Positions 26,851 to 32,000 of a stretch of DNA of 32,000 nucleotides are shown here, in pieces (the first letter of the stretch is position 1; each line of letters begins with the position of its first letter). Origin of the DNA: Mycobacterium leprae TN (GTDB taxonomy: Bacteria; Actinomycetota; Actinomycetes; Mycobacteriales; Mycobacteriaceae); contig NC_002677.1 of the NCBI RefSeq assembly GCF_000195855.1, positions 1,530,001 to 1,562,000 on the forward strand, written 5' to 3'. The position numbers were made by a program, and so were the translations under genes. The notes under the pieces are model-generated. The model was not told where the DNA came from, ran no database searches, and saw only the letters and a program-made list of their open reading frames with translations.

Positions 26851-29800
26851 ATGCGTGTAACTGCCGCTAACCAACATCAGTACGACACCGATCTCCTCGA
26901 GACTTTGGCGCAGCGTGTGATGGTGGGTGACGGCGCAATGGGTACTCAGCTCCAGGACGCGGAACTTACGTTAGATGATTTCCGCGGCCTGGAGGGCTGC
27001 AACGAGATTCTCAACGAAACGCGTCCTGACGTGCTGGAAACCATCCACCGACGCTACTTCGAGGCAGGTGCGGACCTCGTCGAGACCAACACTTTCGGCT
27101 GCAACCTGTCCAACCTTGGTGACTACGACATCGCCGACAAGATCAGGGACTTGTCGCAGCGGGGCACCGTGATTGCGCGACGGGTCGCCGACGAGCTGAC
27201 CACCCCCGACCACAAGCGATACGTGCTGGGGTCGATGGGACCAGGCACCAAGTTGCCCACCCTGGGCCACACCGAGTACCGGGTCGTTCGAGACGCCTAC
27301 ACCGAGTCGGCGTTAGGCATGCTGGACGGTGGCGCTGACGCCGTACTGGTTGAAACCTGTCAGGACTTGCTGCAGCTCAAGGCTGCGGTGCTGGGCTCGC
27401 GGCGCGCGATGACACAGGCCGGTCGGCACATTCCGGTCTTCGTCCACGTGACTGTCGAGACGACCGGAACGATGCTGCTGGGAAGTGAGATCGGCGCTGC
27501 ACTGGCTGCCGTCGAGCCGCTCGGTGTCGACATGATCGGTTTGAACTGCGCAACGGGCCCCGCTGAGATGAGTGAGCATCTGCGGCACTTGTCCAAGCAT
27601 GCCCGCATCCCGGTGTCGGTGATGCCCAACGCCGGGCTGCCGGTGCTGGGTGCCAAGGGAGCTGAATACCCGCTGCAGCCCGACGAATTGGCCGAAGCTT
27701 TGGCTGGGTTCATCGCTGAATTTGGTCTTTCGTTGGTAGGTGGCTGCTGTGGTACCACCCCGGACCACATCCGGGAAGTGGCCGCAGCGGTAGCCAGATG
27801 CAACGACGGGACAGTGCCACGCGGTGAGCGTCATGTGACCTATGAGCCGTCGGTATCGTCGCTGTATACAGCCATTCCATTCGCCCAAAAACCCTCGGTT
27901 CTGATGATCGGTGAGCGTACGAATGCCAACGGCTCCAAGGTTTTTCGTGAGGCAATGATCGCCGAGGACTATCAAAAGTGTCTAGATATCGCCAAGGACC
28001 AAACCCGTGGCGGCGCACACCTGCTGGATCTGTGTGTCGATTACGTCGGCCGCAACGGTGTGGCCGACATGAAGGCGTTGGCCGGTCGGCTTGCAACGGT
28101 GTCGACATTGCCGATCATGCTGGACTCTACCGAAATACCGGTGCTGCAGGCAGGTTTGGAGCACCTGGGCGGGCGCTGCGTGATCAATTCCGTCAACTAC
28201 GAGGACGGTGACGGTCCCGAGTCACGGTTTGTCAAGACCATGGAGCTGGTCGCCGAGCACGGAGCGGCGGTGGTTGCGCTGACCATCGACGAACAGGGTC
28301 AGGCCCGCACCGTTGAGAAGAAGGTCGAAGTCGCGGAGCGGCTTATCAATGACATTACGAGTAACTGGGGCGTTGATAAATCGGCGATTCTCATCGATTG
28401 CTTGACTTTTACTATTGCCACTGGCCAGGAGGAGTCACGCAAAGACGGCATTGAGACCATCGACGCGATTCGTGAGCTGAAGAAGCGGCACCCAGCGGTG
28501 CAGACTACGCTGGGGTTGTCCAACATCTCCTTCGGTCTCAATCCTTCTGCACGCCAAGTTCTTAACTCTGTTTTTCTACATGAATGTCAGGAAGCAGGAC
28601 TGGATTCGGCGATTGTGCACGCTTCAAAGATATTGCCCATCAACCGGATACCCGAAGAACAGCGCCAGGCTGCGCTGGATCTAGTGTATGACCGCCGTCG
28701 CGAAGGCTACGACCCATTGCAGAAGCTGATGTGGTTATTCAAAGGTGTGTCGTCGCCATCGTCGAAGGAAACACGGGAGGCAGAACTCGCTAAGCTGCCG
28801 TTGTTCGACCGGTTAGCACAGCGGATCGTCGACGGCGAGCGCAACGGGTTAGATGTTGATCTCGACGAGGCAATGACCCAGAAACCGCCGTTGGCGATCA
28901 TCAACGAGAACCTGCTGGACGGCATGAAGACAGTCGGTGAATTGTTCGGCTCTGGGCAGATGCAGCTGCCTTTCGTGTTGCAGTCGGCCGAGGTTATGAA
29001 AGCAGCGGTGGCTTATCTAGAACCGCACATGGAGAAATCCGACTGTGACTTCGGTAAGGGGTTAGCCAAAGGACGGATTGTGCTGGCTACCGTCAAAGGA
29101 GATGTGCACGATATTGGCAAAAACCTCGTCGATATCATTCTGAGCAACAACGGCTACGAAGTGGTAAACCTCGGCATCAAGCAGCCGATTACCAACATTC
29201 TCGAGGTGGCCGAGGACAAAAGCGCCGACGTAGTCGGGATGTCGGGCTTGCTGGTGAAATCGACTGTGATCATGAAGGAAAACCTCGAGGAGATGAACAC
29301 TCGCGGAGTCGCTGAGAAATTCCCAGTGCTGCTCGGCGGCGCGGCGTTGACCCGCAGCTATGTGGAAAACGACCTGGCCGAAGTCTATGAGGGCGAAGTG
29401 CATTACGCACGAGACGCTTTCGAGGGTTTGAAGTTGATGGACACCATTATGAGCGCCAAGCGCGGCGAGGCGCTTGCGCCGGGGAGCCCGGAGTCCTTAG
29501 CTGCAGAAGCAGACCGCAATAAGGAAACTGAGCGCAAGGCACGTCATGAGCGGTCCAAACGCATTGCAGTGCAGCGTAAGGCTGCCGAAGAGCCAGTTGA
29601 GGTTCCCGAACGCTCCGATGTTCCGAGTGATGTCGAGGTTCCGGCGCCGCCGTTCTGGGGTTCGCGGATCATCAAGGGTCTGGCGGTGGCCGACTATACC
29701 GGGTTCCTCGACGAGCGCGCGTTGTTCTTGGGTCAGTGGGGATTACGTGGTGTGCGCGGCGGTGCGGGGCCCTCGTACGAGGATTTGGTGCAGACCGAGG

Positions 29801-30471
29801 GCCGGCCGCGGTTGCGCTACTGGCTAGACCGATTGTCCACCTACGGCGTCTTGGCGTACGCCGCCGTGGTGTACGGTTACTTCCCGGCGGTGTCCGAAGA
29901 CAACGATATTGTCGTGCTCGCTGAGCCGAGACCGGACGCCGAGCAGCGGTACCGGTTCACCTTCCCGCGTCAGCAACGCGGTCGGTTCCTGTGCATTGCC
30001 GATTTTATTCGATCCCGGGATCTGGCGACCGAGCGGAGTGAGGTGGATGTTTTGCCGTTCCAGCTGGTGACCATGGGTCAACCCATTGCTGACTTCGTTG
30101 GCGAGTTGTTCGTGTCCAATTCCTATCGTGATTATCTTGAAGTGCATGGCATCGGTGTGCAGCTAACCGAGGCGCTGGCCGAATACTGGCACCGGCGCAT
30201 TCGTGAAGAGCTGAAATTCTCCGGAAACCGGACGATGTCGGCTGACGATCCCGAGGCCGTCGAGGACTATTTCAAGCTCGGCTACCGAGGTGCCCGCTTC
30301 GCGTTCGGGTATGGAGCATGCCCGGACCTGGAGGACCGGATCAAGATGATGGAGCTGCTTCAACCCGAACGCATCGGTGTAACGATATCTGAAGAGTTGC
30401 AGTTACATCCCGAGCAATCGACTGATGCGTTCGTGCTGCACCATCCGGCGGCTAAGTACTTCAACGTCTGA
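26851..30471 (+). CDS. metH: Cobalamin-dependent methionine synthase (5-methyltetrahydrofolate-homocysteine methyltransferase)
   Basis: The 1206-aa ORF is intact with all modules present. The Hcy-binding module reads DGAMGTQLQ...GGCCGTTP. The pterin-binding module reads IGERTNANGS. The B12 cap and B12-binding module carries GDVHDIGKN (DxHxxG at 29101-29118). The C-terminal AdoMet-activation domain is also present. Confidence 0.96.
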   Translation: MRVTAANQHQYDTDLLETLAQRVMVGDGAMGTQLQDAELTLDDFRGLEGCNEILNETRPDVLETIHRRYFEAGADLVETNTFGCNLSNLGDYDIADKIRDLSQRGTVIARRVADELTTPDHKRYVLGSMGPGTKLPTLGHTEYRVVRDAYTESALGMLDGGADAVLVETCQDLLQLKAAVLGSRRAMTQAGRHIPVFVHVTVETTGTMLLGSEIGAALAAVEPLGVDMIGLNCATGPAEMSEHLRHLSKHARIPVSVMPNAGLPVLGAKGAEYPLQPDELAEALAGFIAEFGLSLVGGCCGTTPDHIREVAAAVARCNDGTVPRGERHVTYEPSVSSLYTAIPFAQKPSVLMIGERTNANGSKVFREAMIAEDYQKCLDIAKDQTRGGAHLLDLCVDYVGRNGVADMKALAGRLATVSTLPIMLDSTEIPVLQAGLEHLGGRCVINSVNYEDGDGPESRFVKTMELVAEHGAAVVALTIDEQGQARTVEKKVEVAERLINDITSNWGVDKSAILIDCLTFTIATGQEESRKDGIETIDAIRELKKRHPAVQTTLGLSNISFGLNPSARQVLNSVFLHECQEAGLDSAIVHASKILPINRIPEEQRQAALDLVYDRRREGYDPLQKLMWLFKGVSSPSSKETREAELAKLPLFDRLAQRIVDGERNGLDVDLDEAMTQKPPLAIINENLLDGMKTVGELFGSGQMQLPFVLQSAEVMKAAVAYLEPHMEKSDCDFGKGLAKGRIVLATVKGDVHDIGKNLVDIILSNNGYEVVNLGIKQPITNILEVAEDKSADVVGMSGLLVKSTVIMKENLEEMNTRGVAEKFPVLLGGAALTRSYVENDLAEVYEGEVHYARDAFEGLKLMDTIMSAKRGEALAPGSPESLAAEADRNKETERKARHERSKRIAVQRKAAEEPVEVPERSDVPSDVEVPAPPFWGSRIIKGLAVADYTGFLDERALFLGQWGLRGVRGGAGPSYEDLVQTEGRPRLRYWLDRLSTYGVLAYAAVVYGYFPAVSEDNDIVVLAEPRPDAEQRYRFTFPRQQRGRFLCIADFIRSRDLATERSEVDVLPFQLVTMGQPIADFVGELFVSNSYRDYLEVHGIGVQLTEALAEYWHRRIREELKFSGNRTMSADDPEAVEDYFKLGYRGARFAFGYGACPDLEDRIKMMELLQPERIGVTISEELQLHPEQSTDAFVLHHPAAKYFNV

Positions 30472-30649
30472 GGGCTACCTCGACTCGTCAGCCTTTCAGG
30501 TGTGCTGCAGCATTGGCTCCTGGGAAGTTTCACCTATATGGAATTTTCCCAACAGAAAGACTCCTTTAGCTTGGTTGACAGCAGAATTCGTGAGGGGTAC
30601 GGCAAATCCGAACAGTTCGATACCGTGGTCGGTGCCGAGGCTCTGCTCG

Positions 30650-31736
30650 GCTATTCCCTAGGCTGATGCGGTCATGCGTCTGTTGTCTGTGAGGAATTCG
30701 AATCGGTACCGTTGACAACGTAATCGCCTTGAGTAGAGCCTACTCCCGGATGCGGGGGGAGAGACGTCGATGTCAGCGTCGTGGCTGTGATGTATGTAGC
30801 AGTGGGGCTGGTGCCGATAAACGTGACTACGCTAATCGCGGGCAAGCCCTGCCCGGCCAGGGCCGTTGGAATGTGCCACGTCGATCAGCGGCCCCGCATC
30901 TTCGCCCAGCACGCAACCGCCGGCAAGCCCGGTTAGTCCGACCGCATCGATAAGCAGCAGCGGAGCGAACGGGCCGAAATAGATCATGGTGTATAATACT
31001 GCGTAAGCGATGATTGTGGCGACCTGACTGGACCCCAGGTAGGTGAGTGCGTTCGGTAGCTGGGTGGTGATCATGCTGAGAGGTCCGGACAGGAATTCGA
31101 CGGCTAGGTTACAGAGAAAATCCAGTAACTTCTTGATTAACTTAACAATTAATTTGTTGGTTGGGTCGGGGAAACTGCTATCTGAGCCGTCGGTGGCGAC
31201 GATGTTACGGCGCGGGTGATGTCGTCCGCCTCCAGGCATTCGTTTGAGACCACTTAATAGACGCTCATCGTGGTTGTTGCCTGAACCCGCATCTCCATGT
31301 AGTCGGCTGTGTCGAATGCGAGGGGATATGGTGTTGATGCCAAAGAAATTGGTGTCGTGACCAGTGCTGTATACTAAGCATGGTTGGCTGCGAGGGCGGT
31401 GAGAGTCGGTATGCCGTTCGATGCGGAGGTGTAACCGGTGGAGGCAAGTTCGTGGCCAACCGCCTCCGCAATGGCCACTGCGGAGGCGGTCGGCCACGAA
31501 CAAAAGAACGGTCGATGGGCCGTGACGAACCGCTCTGCGCTCGGCCCCGTCTCACCTGGTTGCAGGAGAGGATACGAGAATTGGCGCGAGTTTTGTTGTA
31601 GCTTCAGTTATTTGGTCTACCAGAAGTGGTCAGGGACCGGCACCAGTGGACAACAGCACTCAATGCACTTTGAGGACAATGCCAGTTACACCGTAGGCGT
31701 CACGTTTCGTGGTTTACCGTCCTCAAGCCACAACAT
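30650..31736 (-). pseudogene. PPE-family pseudogene (Rv2123/PPE37 position)
   Basis: Minus-strand pieces in shifting frames read MLW..., GAGP*PLLVDQITEATTKLAPIL, AVAIAEAVGHELASTGYTSASNGIPTLTALAANHA*YTALVTT, TNFFGINTISP, ADYMEMRVQATTTMSVY* and SSFPDPTNKLIVKLIKKLLDFLCNLAVEFLSGPL...YFGPFAPLL...GLTGLAG. The conserved PPE N-domain features (NxFGxN, EMW, Y) are visible but interrupted by stops and frameshifts. The 3' limit is approximate. Confidence 0.65.
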
Positions 31737-31739
31737 ATA

Positions 31740-31758
31740 CGAGGTTAGACTAAGCTAA
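31740..31758. promoter_or_regulatory. IdeR/DtxR iron-box-like palindrome just upstream of the PPE pseudogene start
   Basis: cgAGGTTAGaCTAAgCTAA matches the 19-bp IdeR consensus TWAGGTWAGSCTWACCTWA at 15 of 19 positions. It overlaps a TAACCT -10-like hexamer that ends 5 nt before the minus-strand ATG at 31736. Confidence 0.4.
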
Positions 31759-31965
31759 TATCAAGGTGTCTTAGTCCAGTATGGTGGCTTTGGATGGCCG
31801 TGCCCCGAGCCTCGGGGTAGGCATCCATCGTCGGTGTGCGAGGTAGTCCCGCCTCGGGAAGGCGTTGGCCATGCTCAACGGCACGTTGTTTGCGGTTTTG
31901 CCGCTGCGCGACTGGGGGCGTATCAAGTCGACCGGTGAAACCGCCGCGACTTTGCTGGCTGGCAT

Positions 31966-32000
31966 GTGAAACAATCGCTGGCCGTGAAGACCTTCGAGGA
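31966..32000 (+). CDS. hisE: Phosphoribosyl-ATP pyrophosphatase, 5' end only (cut by the window edge)
   Basis: The GTG at 31966 is followed by KQSLAVKTFE.., matching the (M)QQSLAVKTFEDLF N-terminus I recall for mycobacterial HisE. The position next to the PPE pseudogene and metH fits the Rv2122c synteny. Only 11 codons are visible. Confidence 0.55.
   Translation, partial: MKQSLAVKTFE

Noticed and set aside
27313-27975. 220-aa minus-strand ORF (plus several others) antisense to metH.
   Set aside because: The reasoning is the same: metH is unambiguous and the antisense frames show no family resemblance.
1-32000. Scanned for CRISPR arrays, cas genes, toxin-antitoxin pairs, restriction-modification or other defence islands, prophage structural genes and biosynthetic clusters.
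   Set aside because: I saw no regularly spaced short repeats and no recognisable signature motifs of these systems in any frame. The only large repeat is the ansP duplication.

Overview
This window looks like a reductively evolved, high-GC mycobacterial chromosome. Gene content, gene order and pseudogene load fit Mycobacterium leprae or a very close relative; that organism call is an inference. Somewhat more than half is intact housekeeping coding sequence. The rest is pseudogenes, mobile-element debris and decayed DNA I cannot assign.

The left 6 kb holds a truncated cydA fragment, a multiply frameshifted adenylate cyclase (cya) pseudogene carrying an (AC)8 microsatellite, and a tRNA. It also holds the intact ANTAR response regulator pdtaR, a thiolase-like pseudogene, about 1.5 kb of unassignable decay, a PadR pseudogene and tRNA-Leu(GAG).

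From 6.2 kb onward the window is colinear, in inverted orientation, with my recollection of the M. tuberculosis Rv2141c..Rv2122c block. In order it contains:
- an M20 peptidase and a PEBP protein;
- a 5.1 kb lineage-specific insert made of a 13E12/HNH pseudogene, an IS3 remnant, a 1.3 kb AT-rich island and a kinase-like fragment;
- pyrD, a small ORF, lppL and an Rv2137c-like gene;
- a tight six-gene same-strand cluster: uppP, a histidine phosphatase, DUF3090, an SCO1664-family gene, cysQ and mshC;
- an SDR pseudogene and two tandem near-identical ansP permease genes;
- a PAC2-family gene, metH, a PPE pseudogene with an IdeR-box-like palindrome, and the first codons of hisE.

The most notable observation is a 2 x 1551 bp direct repeat with one mismatch that duplicates the whole ansP gene. 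I found no CRISPR array, no recognisable defence or toxin system, and no convincing novel multi-gene system. The best candidate for unknown biology is the conserved, intact, function-unknown gene trio next to cysQ and mshC.
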